This document shows, piece after piece, positions 10,249-20,073 of a stretch of 64,000 bases of DNA (its first letter is position 1; each line of letters begins with the position of its first letter). The notes under the pieces are model-generated. The model saw only the letters and a program-made list of their open reading frames with translations, did no database searches and was not told the DNA's origin. The stretch is taken from NCBI GenBank assembly GCA_963663965.2, contig CAXXFK010000030.1, forward strand, positions 1 through 64,000, written 5' to 3'. This DNA comes from Sedimentisphaerales bacterium. GTDB lineage: Bacteria; Planctomycetota; Phycisphaerae; Sedimentisphaerales; SM23-30. A program made the position numbers and the translations under genes.

Positions 10249-11420
10249 ATGTTTGAAACACTACCGACCCACGCGCTGTACGACGATCAGCACGCGTATC
10301 TTAGCGAAAGGTATTTATGGTGTCTGGAATCGGATCATGAAAATCCTGACTCATTTTTCAAGCTCAAGGAAGAGGTCGAATCCGGTGTGGTTGAGGTACG
10401 CGCGGCCACGGATGTCATGGAAGATTTGGCGCCGCATTATAAGAAGTTGTTTCCGGGCGGCCGCTGGCTAAAGGCCGGGGCTCCGGCGCCCGCAGACGCG
10501 GTCCGGCATGGCTATGACGATCAGGGCCGGATCGTAATTATCGATGGGATTCAGTGCATTCTGTTTCGCTATGGCGACCATTTCGCGGAAAAGATGGTGT
10601 TCGGTACTTACTACCGCATCAATGTGCTGATGCATTTTTATTACGACGAACAAGGCAAGCTGAAGCGAGTATTGTCTTTCGGCGGATATAGCGGCGTGGA
10701 GAGCGTTTATGAGTGGGCCGGCGATCGGGTAGAGCGGGTCGTCAAGCGATGCTGGAAGTGCGAAGAATATCTGTTCAAAGACGAGCCCTGGTCGGATGTG
10801 ATTACCCACCAGGAGATTCAGTGTCTTGTGTTCGAGTATGGGCTGGACAATGAAGTGGAGCAGATCCGGCGTGAATACCCCAACTCGAGCAACCAGATTG
10901 TCGAATATCGCCGCCATAAAAAAGGCGATACCGTCAAGTCACTGTCCCGGGAAATCGAGCATTATCTTTTAAAGCGGATTCCGGATTTTATCGGCGAGTT
11001 GACTATCGACAGTCCGGCTTATTGCCTGTTCATCGCTTATTGTTCCAGTAATTTGAATTTACCGCCGGTTTTGATTGTCGGCACGGAGAAGGGCTATGAG
11101 CAGGCCGGGATCGAAAACAAGTGGTTTATTGGCGAAATCAGCGACGAGTGGCGAGATTTTCGCGATCCTGTTTTTGCCGGCCGCGCTGGGAGTATTTTAA
11201 TCAACTGGCTGAAGAGACGGACCAGAGAGAGGCCCTTATCGACACTTTGCGGCGGATTGCCAAACAGTTGAACAAATCGGATTGGTCGGCGCTGCTGAAA
11301 ACCACACAGGATTTTATTGTGACCGCCGCGGACACTTCGGATGGTGTCGATCTGCCTGACGATTTAAAACAGTGCGTCAGCAGGGCGCAGTATAATAAGC
11401 TGGATCTGTCTGGATATTAA
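10249..11420 (+). pseudogene. Hypothetical protein split by a frameshift near 11185
   Basis: ORF 10249-11271 continues in an overlapping frame (WEYFNQL...LNKSDW..LLKTTQDFIV) to 11420. Confidence 0.55.
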
Positions 11421-11459
11421 GGAGTCTCGCAAAAATAACACCTTCATTTTTCATCCCAC
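11418..11459 (+). mobile_element. Truncated MITE end related to the 42256 element
   Basis: TAAGGAGTCTCGCAAAAATAAC...CATTTTTCATCCCA aligns with 42253-42293. Confidence 0.6.
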
Positions 11460-11570
11460 TCAAGGAAGAGAGCCGGGGCAGCGCTGTCGGTGTCGGGAAG
11501 TGACCCAGGAAAACTCTCAGGGCGATTGAAGCGCAATCCGAAAGAAACAGGCAGAAGAATTAAACGCGGA

Positions 11571-11603
11571 TTCACGAAGCGCGCCTGCGGCGCTACACGA
11601 AGG
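11571..11603 (+). repeat. CACGAAG-hairpin repeat, left copy
   Basis: TTCACGAAGCGCGCCTGCGGCGCTACACGAAGG; recurs at 13030-13084 with a 22-bp insert. Confidence 0.75.
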
Positions 11604-11685
11604 ACCGGTGGCTTGATTGGCGCATGGATTCCGATTGAAACTTCGACGAGAGAAATTCGCCCATTAATTGTATAAAGGATAAATA

Positions 11686-11931
11686 ATGACCAGGCATAAT
11701 CAGAAGATGGCGATAACCAATGGCGATGGCAGTTGGAAGTTACGGATCACGCATCGAAAGAAAACGCCGGGTAAAGGGGGTGCGCGGTTTCGAGTCAAAT
11801 GCGGCGATTGCGATCAATCGTTCGATGTCTATTACGGCGATGACGCCTTGGAGATTAATGGGGTGTATGCCTCAATCGAGCAATGGCAGGAGTTTTGGGG
11901 CCCATTGTTGGGAATGAAGAAAATAGAATAA
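11686..11931 (+). CDS. Small hypothetical protein with CxxC
   Basis: AAGGA RBS; CGDC motif; 81 aa. Confidence 0.6.
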   Translation: MTRHNQKMAITNGDGSWKLRITHRKKTPGKGGARFRVKCGDCDQSFDVYYGDDALEINGVYASIEQWQEFWGPLLGMKKIE

Positions 11932-12346
11932 GTTTTGGCGGAACATCCGTTCTGAGAGGTGGATGAAAGCCAGTAAGAGGCTGGCGATGGAGAAGATTGA
12001 GCTTGTCTGCAGTCCGGCGGCGGTGTATAATTTTGAGGTTGATAAGCTGCACAGCTATTATGTGGCCGGTAGTCAGGTGTTGGTGCATAATGAGTGTGCA
12101 GATTCAAACAGGCTTCACCATCTTTTCGATAATCCGGATCAAAATCTTGGACCACTTGTCAAAAAGTTTGGCGATCTATCTGAAGCGTATGATGCCGTGT
12201 ATGGCGCATTCAAAAAAGTTGCGCATAATTTTACGCCAGAACAACTAATAAAAGGTGTTGTTGTTATGGTTGATGGAATAGACGTAACTGTTAAGGGCGC
12301 TATTCATAATGGTGTAGTACAAATAGGGATATTTTTTATAAAATAG
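11932..12346 (+). pseudogene. Orphan polymorphic-toxin C-terminus behind a decayed HINT (intein-like) domain
   Basis: EHPF* and WMKAS remnants, then VYNFEVDKLHSYYV...VLVHN followed by an ~85-aa toxin-like tip. Confidence 0.75.
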
Positions 12347-12359
12347 AGGTAAGAGACAG

Positions 12360-12806
12360 GTGATGGACCGCCATCTGGACTATAATATTCTTGAAAATAA
12401 TGTATTAAGCTGGAATCTTTCTGGTAATCATGAAATTCTACAAGAGTTAAGGCAACAGTACCATTCTTCAAGAGTTAAAAAAAGGCAATTTACTGGCGTT
12501 GGATTTTACACCGACATAGTAGTACCTCACATCATTCCACCACTACACCATAAATATCCTGTAAAGAAAAACTTTACTATTGGTTTAGTTGGCGCCAGAC
12601 CCAGATCAGGAAATATAGCTATGGAAGTCGGGTTTGTTATATTTGTAAAAGATGGATACCTCAAAATGCTAGAAGGTTATACTTATGGAGACGAACCATG
12701 GCCGGATGATTTCCTTACTTATGATATATTTTATTTTTCTGCGAAAGAAAGTGACAGAATGGAGGATTTAAACAAGGAATGGAAACTGGGGGCAGACACA
12801 ATTTAA
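12360..12806 (+). CDS. Putative immunity protein
   Basis: Directly after the toxin tip; AT-rich; FTGVGFYTD...LEGYTYGDEPWP. Confidence 0.6.
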   Translation: MMDRHLDYNILENNVLSWNLSGNHEILQELRQQYHSSRVKKRQFTGVGFYTDIVVPHIIPPLHHKYPVKKNFTIGLVGARPRSGNIAMEVGFVIFVKDGYLKMLEGYTYGDEPWPDDFLTYDIFYFSAKESDRMEDLNKEWKLGADTI

Positions 12807-12990
12807 ATCTGCGCAATTTACAACTCCCTTCCCATAACGGCCGGTATCGAAGCGAATTCGAGAAATTAAAGAGGTTGACATGGCGCTGATATGGTACCAG
12901 GATAGACTGATCATGCCACGAGCTAGACGCAAAAGGAGGGGGTTGGGGAAAGGCGGGAGTAAGGGTTGAGCATATAACGGCCGATTGAAC

Positions 12991-13084
12991 CACGAAGCGC
13001 CCTCCTAAGGCGGATCATCGACCTTCGGCTTCACGAAGCGCGTCCTCCTGAGGCGGATCTTCGACCTGCGGCGCTACACGAAGG
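12991..13084 (+). repeat. Tandem CACGAAG / CCT.AGGCGGATC repeat, right copy
   Basis: Two ~40-bp related units ending CCTGCGGCGCTACACGAAGG. Confidence 0.75.
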
Positions 13085-13187
13085 GGGAATGGGAAATTTT
13101 TTGAAATACCGAGGCCGGTGAGGAAAGGCGGAATATGAGATTTGAAAAAAGACAAATGGGGGGAAGGTGATGGGTGATTGCGGGGGA

Positions 13188-13213
13188 GGACAACCACGGG
13201 GGGTTGCCCGTAC
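13188..13213 (-). repeat. REP-like palindrome (minus strand GTACGGGCAACCCCCCGTGGTTGTCC)
   Basis: 24/26 identical to 1200-1225. Confidence 0.75.
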
Positions 13214-13439
13214 AGATCGGCTTAAAAGGTTCACGATCCCTTTGAATTTTCCTTTAAATTTTGGTAATTTTTAGCTTTACGACGCCTGAAGTCCGATATA
13301 ATAATGACTCGCCGAAGGCGTAACCTTGTCCAGGCAGCGGTCTGCCGGCCGGCATGTCAGGTGGAAATGGAAGGCGTTGCGGTATCTGATGCCGGTTCCG
13401 ATCAGTATGCCGGCGTCCTGTAAAGAGTGTTACTGAAAA

Positions 13440-14783
13440 ATGAATCCAATAACCAATGTGCCATTTGAAACCATTCGGATCAGGGAGCTTGATCCTTTTC
13501 CTGAAATAGACGCGCTGGTCACCTCCTGCCGAATCAATAAAGAACAGTATCTGTTTGATGCGATTGATTTTGCCGATAAGTCGATCCAAAGGTGGTCTCT
13601 GCCCCTTTTTAGCTCGCCTCCCATACTGAAGCAGCTTGAAAACGACCTGGATGTACAGTATTTACCGGTTGGCATTGACACCCATGAACAATTTTTAAAA
13701 AACCGCTTTTTTGAGCCTCATGTGGCCCAATTGTCACCCAACGGAAAATTATTTGTATCTCTGGGCAATGGCGCCAATGGGCCCTTTGTTCTGATTATCG
13801 ATTCCAGGGATCATACCGCCCGGATGACGCCCGGCGATTACGAGTCTAACCGCATGCTGTACACCGCCACCGGGGATTTGACCAGCGACCATCGCCACTT
13901 TGTGTTTGCCCGATGGCCATTGGAAGACACCATTGGCATTTTGAATAAAGAACAGGAGGCGGTCGCCTGCCAGATCGGCCGGATGAATGTCGATACCCTG
14001 GATATGGATATTGTCTATCAACTGGAATCGGATGACAACCTGCATCAATCCACCTGTTCATCCGATAACCGCTATGTCGTTTTTACCCCTTTTCGGCTCG
14101 ATCCGGTCATCCCCTATCCCCGGGTTCTCCCGAATGAAGATCCGGACGGGTACCGCCGCTCTCATCTTTCGGGAATAAATAAATGTAAAATGGTCACCAT
14201 CGATCTGGGCAAGAAACGGCATTGGGAGACGGAAATACCCACACCGGTACCGGCGCATTTTGAATTCGATCCGATCGATCCGCATGTTTTTTATGTATCG
14301 GCCCATAATTTTGCCAGCTCTCGTTTCGGCATTGTTATTGAAGGGCAGGCGGCGATCTATAAAATGCGAATAACGGAACAACAGACGATCGTTGACGGTT
14401 GTTTTTCCGATGATGAGTTTTTCAGAATCACCCAACATACCCCATTTTGCTATGACGGCCAGACTTTTATTGCCGTGACTACCATACCCAATAAACTGGA
14501 TATCATAGAAGCCCGGACCATGCAGCTATGGCGACGGATTGAATTGTTCGCGGCACCGCCGTTGGATTTTACCCGAACCGGTAATGTACTCTGCCCCAAA
14601 TATCCCAACATGTGTTTGAATGTCAGCCCCAGTAACGATGGCCGATTTATCATTCTGGAATCGCCCCGTTCTTTTGTTATCTATAGTATGGATGAAGACC
14701 GGCTGTATAATGACATTGTTGTTCCCAATTACATGCCGGAAAACACCGGCATTAGCGGCCATTCCAGATTAGCGGGCTGCTGA
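13440..14783 (+). CDS. Hypothetical beta-propeller-like protein
   Basis: 447-aa ORF with repeated SPNGK, SSDNRY and SNDGRF blade-like motifs. Confidence 0.6.
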   Translation: MNPITNVPFETIRIRELDPFPEIDALVTSCRINKEQYLFDAIDFADKSIQRWSLPLFSSPPILKQLENDLDVQYLPVGIDTHEQFLKNRFFEPHVAQLSPNGKLFVSLGNGANGPFVLIIDSRDHTARMTPGDYESNRMLYTATGDLTSDHRHFVFARWPLEDTIGILNKEQEAVACQIGRMNVDTLDMDIVYQLESDDNLHQSTCSSDNRYVVFTPFRLDPVIPYPRVLPNEDPDGYRRSHLSGINKCKMVTIDLGKKRHWETEIPTPVPAHFEFDPIDPHVFYVSAHNFASSRFGIVIEGQAAIYKMRITEQQTIVDGCFSDDEFFRITQHTPFCYDGQTFIAVTTIPNKLDIIEARTMQLWRRIELFAAPPLDFTRTGNVLCPKYPNMCLNVSPSNDGRFIILESPRSFVIYSMDEDRLYNDIVVPNYMPENTGISGHSRLAGC

Positions 14784-15160
14784 AAAATGGTCTTATATTG
14801 CCGGTGACCTTTCGGCAATTCGTTATGATAGTTGTCGAGCGGAATTAAAGTGGTCGGGAGCCAATGGCACTGTCATGTTTTTTTCAAACCGGCGCAAAAT
14901 TTCTCTGGCGGCACGGTTGAAAAATATTAAAGTCGACCGAGCTTTAATGTTTTCGACCCTCTTCTGGCCGAAGAAGCATATGTCGCCTCTCTGGCTTGTC
15001 GCAATAATTAAGCCGGCGAGATTTTACCATGTCAATGAGTTTATCACAAAAGTCACAGGTTGACAATATTGGATTTTCGGTGTTTGATCAGTTTTCATAT
15101 TCAGATAAAACTCTGGCATTCAATAATGTCTTGTCTGCGGATTTAATCAGAAATTATTAA

Positions 15161-16573
15161 ATACACAGTGTATATTATGTGGTTGACAGGGCTTTCGCTG
15201 AGTATGAATTGGGTGGGCAATTTGATCCGGCTCGACAATATCTTTATTGAAGTGTCCTGTGGTATGATCTGGGGTTGATATGGGCAGGGTATGATCGGGT
15301 CATCGAATTACCCTGCCCGGTGGGTATGCTTGGGATTTGAACCATTTTTTGCTGTGTTATGGACCGTTCATGCTCTGGTAAGAAGGTCGGTTGCCCGGCT
15401 GCTGGTTTTTGGGGCTATGGTTGATAGACACTGGGTGTGTTGCATTGATGGGATTGATGCAATTCGGGGGGATCGGATCGCAATTTTGCTGGCTGGGTGG
15501 TTGTCAACTGGCGTGGACGGCTTTGAGGGCGAAGAGGCCGGTGGGGAGGGGGATGGGGTTGGTGCGGCGGTGGTATTGGCCGGTTTGTCGGAAGGTTTGA
15601 AGTTGCTGGCGGATGTAGGTTTCGGAGCCGATGGCCAGGCCGTCGATGAAGTGTTTGAACTGTTGCAGGAAGAGGCCGGGGTGGGCGAAACCCAGGGATT
15701 GCTCGTTTTCGAGGATGGCGGCGGGGATTGGGGGGTGCTTGGCCTGGGAGTCGGCGTCTGAAGGTGTGAGGTTGCCGCGGTAGGTGAGGCGGTGGGTGTA
15801 ATCTTTGAGGGCCTGGGGCTCGGTGGTGCGCTGGTCGAAGAGTTGATGGAGGGGCAGCAGCCAGGCGGCGGTGTGGCCGCGCTGGGTGCGTTGGTGGTAG
15901 GAGCAGAACTCGTAATCGGCGGGGTGGGCGGCCTGGCCGGCGCGGACAGGGTTGAGATCGACGTAGAGCATGCAGTCGCGGACGGCGCGTAAGTCTTTGA
16001 GGAATACAGACTTGAAGCGCGTGGCCCAGAAGCGGCCGCGGCGTTCGAAGGTCTGGTTGTACCATTTGGCGAAGCGGGCCTGGAGGTTGCGGAGGAGCTC
16101 GGAGAGGTCGAAGAGGCGGTCGTTGAAGCGCTGCCATTGGGCCGGGGACCAGTTGGCGATGATTTCCTGGGAATGGGGGCCGGGGTAGAGGAGGTGGGCG
16201 CGGCGGGCGAGTTCGGCGGGCGGGAGCTGGGATTTGGGGTCGAAGCGGAGGATGAGGTGGTAGTGGTTGCCCATGAGGGCGAAGGCGGCGACCTCGCAGC
16301 AGTAGGCGCGGGTGTAGTGCTGGATGAGGGCGAGGAGTTTGCGGCGGCAATTGGGCTGCTGGAGCGGGCGGTCGGCGGGTGAGCCGGCGATGCGGCTGTA
16401 GACGTGGTAGAAGGCGGCGAACCGGGTCTGCTTAAAGCGAAGGCGGCATGACATAACATAACTCCTTTTATATAAATACGATATACTAATTAATGATTGG
16501 TATGAGGGCTTTGGATAGTTGAAGGATAATGGGTGAAAAAAGAGTTGTCAACTAAATAAATAACACTGTGTAT
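15161..16573. mobile_element. Element bounded by imperfect 28-bp inverted repeats, carrying the HUH transposase
   Basis: ATACACAGTGTATATTATGTGGTTGACA (15161-15188) vs reverse complement of 16546-16573, 23/28 identical. Confidence 0.55.
15504..16454 (-). CDS. RAYT-like (Y1, IS200/IS605 superfamily) HUH tyrosine transposase
   Basis: YHVYSR, ALMGNHYHL (HUH), GRFWATRFKS, YVDLNPVRAG, DYEFCSY. Confidence 0.9.
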   Translation of the reverse strand: MSCRLRFKQTRFAAFYHVYSRIAGSPADRPLQQPNCRRKLLALIQHYTRAYCCEVAAFALMGNHYHLILRFDPKSQLPPAELARRAHLLYPGPHSQEIIANWSPAQWQRFNDRLFDLSELLRNLQARFAKWYNQTFERRGRFWATRFKSVFLKDLRAVRDCMLYVDLNPVRAGQAAHPADYEFCSYHQRTQRGHTAAWLLPLHQLFDQRTTEPQALKDYTHRLTYRGNLTPSDADSQAKHPPIPAAILENEQSLGFAHPGLFLQQFKHFIDGLAIGSETYIRQQLQTFRQTGQYHRRTNPIPLPTGLFALKAVHAS

Positions 16574-16628
16574 AATAAATTCTGTGTATATCATGTTATG
16601 GTGGTTGGGGGGGGAGGGGAGAGGGGGG

Positions 16629-19154
16629 TTAGATGAACATTGGGTTGACTTTGTTGGGATTGATGTCGAACTGTTTCATGGCGGTGGTTAGGATGTTGGC
16701 TTCGATCTGACCTTCTAATACGAGTCCGTGTAAGGCGGCCAAAACAATGAAACGCCAGCTGACTTCAAAATAGTCCCGTAGATCACGGCGGGTATCACTG
16801 CGTCCGTAGCCATCGGTTCCAAGCGCTACCAGCCGGCCGGGGATCCATTGGGCCATTGAGCAGGGCAAGGCTTTGACATAATCGGAAGCCGCCACAAAAA
16901 CGCCTTTTTCGCCGGCCAGACATTGCTGGATATGGGATTGCCGGGGTTTTTCGGCCGGATGCAGGAAATTCCAGCGGTCGGTTGAAACCGCGTCGGTATA
17001 GAGCTGCTTGTAACTGGTCACGCTCCAGACATCCGCGGCAATGTCAAACTGCGTCTGAAGTACCTGCTGGGCCCGAATGACCTCGTTCAAGATGGTCCCG
17101 CTGCCGAAAAGGTTCACTTTATGCGGGGCGTCAGGTTTATCGGCGGTCCGGTACCGGTACATGCCTTTGAGAATCCCGTCCCGGCAGTTTTCGGGCATGA
17201 CGGGCATGGCATAGTTTTCATTCATCATGGTGATATAATAGAAAATATTCTCCTGCTTTTGATACATCCGGTAAAGCCCATCCTGAATAATCACCGCCAG
17301 TTCATAGGCAAAGGCGGGGTCATAGCACATCAGCGGCGGTACTGAAAGGAAGGTATGATGACTGTGGCCATCCTGATGTTGCAGGCCTTCCCCGGCCAGG
17401 GTGGTCTTGCCGGCAATGCCGCCCAGCAGGAATCCCCGGCACAGCATATCGCCGGCGGCCCAGATCAGATCGATCATCCGGTGACAGCCGAATAATGAGT
17501 AGAACAGGTAAAATGGGATGGTATTGACGCCATGGTTGGTATAGGCGGTTCCGGCGGCGATAAAAGAGGACATGGAGCCGGATTCGGTGATGCCCTCCTC
17601 CAGAATCATGCCATCTTTTTTCTCGTTGTAAAAGAGCAGATATTCCTTATCCACCGGTTCGTATAGCTGGCCCACGGATGAGTAAATGCCGGCTTTGGCG
17701 AACAGCGGCTCCATTCCGAACGTCCGCCCTTCGTCTGGGATAATCGGAACAATCAACGGGCCGATGGTCGGATCTTTTAAGAGCTTGGATAACAGCCGCA
17801 CTGTCGCCATGGTGGTACTGACCTTGTGGTCGCCGGAACCCTGATAAAATTCTTCAAACAGGGTTTCATCCGGCGTCTGGACCGGCCCGGCCTGAACGAT
17901 GCGCCGGGGCAGGAAGCCGCCCAGTTTCTGGCGGCATTGCTGCAGATAGGCAATCTCCTCGCTATCGGCCATGGGTTTATAGAACGGCGCCTCCTGAACC
18001 TCATAGTCCGGGACCGGAATGCCGAACCGGGAGCGGAATTTGAGCAGTTCCTGCTCATTCAGTTTCTTTTGCTGATGAGAAATGTTCTGTCCCTCGCCGG
18101 CTTCGCCCATTCCGTATCCCTTGATCGTCTGGGCCAGGATCAGGGTGGGACTGCCGGTGTGTTCGACCGCAGCTTTGTAGGCAGTATAGACTTTCAAGGG
18201 GTCGTGGCCGCCGCGATTGAGTTTTTCGAGCTGTTCGTCGGAGTAGTTTTTGACCAGGTCCAGCAGCCGGGGATCCTCGCCGAAAAAGTCTTTGCGGATA
18301 TAATCGCCGCTGGAGACCGCGTATTTCTGGAACTGGCCATCCACCACCTCTCCCAGTCTTTTGACAAGGACGCCCTCTTTATCTTTTTCCAGCAGCGGAT
18401 CCCAATCCGAACCCCAGAGCACTTTAATGACATTCCATCCGGCAGCCGTAAAGGCAGCCTCAAATTCCTGGACCACTTTCGCATTGCCGCGGACCGGTCC
18501 GTCGAGCCGCTGCAGATTGCAGTTAATGACAAAAATCAGATTGTCCAGTTTCTCGCGGCCGGCCACCCCGATGGCGCCGGTGCTTTCGGGTTCATCCATT
18601 TCGCCGTCTCCGAGAAACGCCCAGATTTTCTGGTCGGAGGGTTTTTTCAGGCCCCGGTTTTCCAGATACCTGGTGAAACGGGCGTTGTATATCGCCATGA
18701 TCGGGGCGAGTCCCATCGAAACCGAGGGGAACTGCCAGAAATCCGGCATTAAACGCGGGTGCGGGTAAGAAGGCAAACCGCCCTCCGGACTCAGCTCGCG
18801 CCTGAAATTACTTAAATCAAAACCGCTTAAACGTCCTTCCAGAAAAGCACGGGCATAGATGCCGGGGGTAACGTGGCCCTGAATGTAGATCAGATCGCCT
18901 TCGTGCTGATCGCTTCGGGCACGGAAAAAGTGGTTGAAGCCCACATCATAAAGCGTGGCGGAAGAGGCATAACTGGAAATATGCCCACCCAGTCCACTTT
19001 CCTCCCGATTGGCCCGCACGACCATGGCCATGGCATTCCATCGGATAATGCTCTTGATACGGCGTTCGATTTCTCTGCGTCCGGGATACGGCCCCTGGTT
19101 GTCGACACTAATCGTATTGATATATGGTGTGGTGGCTGGTTTTTGCTGGCCCAT
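16629..19154 (-). CDS. aceE: Pyruvate dehydrogenase E1, homodimeric type, with short N-terminus
   Basis: GGHISSYAS, SYPHPRLMPDFWQFP, GDGEMDEPES (ThDP motif), NLQRLDGPV, GEGLQHQDG. Confidence 0.95.
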   Translation of the reverse strand: MGQQKPATTPYINTISVDNQGPYPGRREIERRIKSIIRWNAMAMVVRANREESGLGGHISSYASSATLYDVGFNHFFRARSDQHEGDLIYIQGHVTPGIYARAFLEGRLSGFDLSNFRRELSPEGGLPSYPHPRLMPDFWQFPSVSMGLAPIMAIYNARFTRYLENRGLKKPSDQKIWAFLGDGEMDEPESTGAIGVAGREKLDNLIFVINCNLQRLDGPVRGNAKVVQEFEAAFTAAGWNVIKVLWGSDWDPLLEKDKEGVLVKRLGEVVDGQFQKYAVSSGDYIRKDFFGEDPRLLDLVKNYSDEQLEKLNRGGHDPLKVYTAYKAAVEHTGSPTLILAQTIKGYGMGEAGEGQNISHQQKKLNEQELLKFRSRFGIPVPDYEVQEAPFYKPMADSEEIAYLQQCRQKLGGFLPRRIVQAGPVQTPDETLFEEFYQGSGDHKVSTTMATVRLLSKLLKDPTIGPLIVPIIPDEGRTFGMEPLFAKAGIYSSVGQLYEPVDKEYLLFYNEKKDGMILEEGITESGSMSSFIAAGTAYTNHGVNTIPFYLFYSLFGCHRMIDLIWAAGDMLCRGFLLGGIAGKTTLAGEGLQHQDGHSHHTFLSVPPLMCYDPAFAYELAVIIQDGLYRMYQKQENIFYYITMMNENYAMPVMPENCRDGILKGMYRYRTADKPDAPHKVNLFGSGTILNEVIRAQQVLQTQFDIAADVWSVTSYKQLYTDAVSTDRWNFLHPAEKPRQSHIQQCLAGEKGVFVAASDYVKALPCSMAQWIPGRLVALGTDGYGRSDTRRDLRDYFEVSWRFIVLAALHGLVLEGQIEANILTTAMKQFDINPNKVNPMFI

Positions 19155-19182
19155 CAATAACCCCTTGTCTGTTTTGAAGTTA

Positions 19183-19383
19183 GAGTCCCTAACAAAATGA
19201 GTTTTCTACTCCGACCGGCTGCAAAAGTCGTCCACGGCGTTCTCGGGGCCAAACATCCTCGACAACCCATAGCAGGGTTGCCTGCGGGGGTTTGACCCCT
19301 TCGGCCCGCCTGAGGCGGATCTTCGGCCTTGCTGACTACTTTTTCGCTCAGTTTCGCTACGAAAATCATTTTGGTAGGCACTC
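19183..19383. mobile_element. ~200-bp MITE upstream of aceE
   Basis: TIRs GAGTCCCTAACAAAATGA and reverse complement GAGTGCCTACCAAAATGA (16/18); internal ATCCTCGACA..GCCTGCGG core. Confidence 0.7.
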
Positions 19384-19417
19384 ATAGAATTATGCGGGAT
19401 GGCGTTACGCCAATAAT

Positions 19418-19603
19418 CTACAATTTTACCGGTTTGCAAAGATTGTTGGGACTGGCGGCGGCCCGTCCGCAATTTTGACAGAAATAGGCGGCGTCTTTTA
19501 ACAGCTGTTTATACTCTTCGGGATTGGTATCCTGGAAGCGAAGATTGTTGAGATAGCACAGGTGTTTATCGTGACCTTTATGCGGTATTTCCTGATTCGA
19601 CAT
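19418..19603 (-). CDS. Small Cys/His-rich putative metal-binding protein
   Basis: HKGHDKHLC...CQNCGR...NLCKP; AAGGGG RBS. Confidence 0.7.
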   Translation of the reverse strand: MSNQEIPHKGHDKHLCYLNNLRFQDTNPEEYKQLLKDAAYFCQNCGRAAASPNNLCKPVKL

Positions 19604-20073
19604 ATCAGCCCCTTTTGAACTAAAACATATCTCTTGGTTTAACAGGTATTACCGGGATGATCGCCCGGATATTCATAGTCCCTTTAAATTATCCAAAATT
19701 GTGTCTCCCCTGTCCGAAATATACGACAGCCGGTTATGGGCCGCAATCAAAAATAAAAAGCCATCCCGGCGCGCAGGGATACATTACACAGATTTTGTAA
19801 TATAAAGACTTATTTTATGGCCAGTTATAAAATAACTTATTAAAAATCATTAAAAAAGCAAGAAGTTGGTAGATTATAGTACAGAATTTTCCGTATAAAC
19901 GGTTAAAAAGCAAAATTTTCTCCTGACGCCATCAAATAATTCACAAAATTTTCATTCGCTTAGACGAGGATACGCCCGAGTTCCAGTTTGATATTTTGTT
20001 TATATTATGGTGTATTATTTACGATCAAGCGGGATTAAATTGTTGATGAACTATTCATGAAAGGGTTGTTACG

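Noticed and set aside
11953..11955. TGA after EHPF as selenocysteine or readthrough
   Set aside because: The downstream HINT sequence is in another frame and is shortened, which indicates decay.
12991..13084. Possible mini CRISPR array
   Set aside because: The units are adjacent and degenerate with no unique spacers, and there are no cas genes.
15158..15185. dif-like site (TGTATA TTATGT)
   Set aside because: Only the spacer and half of the XerD arm match; the XerC arm does not. It is better explained as part of the inverted repeat.
16607..16628. G-rich tract as a G-quadruplex
   Set aside because: Short homopolymer-rich spacer with no supporting context.
19154..19472. Short ORFs upstream of aceE as its missing N-terminus
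   Set aside because: They read through the MITE and show no AceE similarity.
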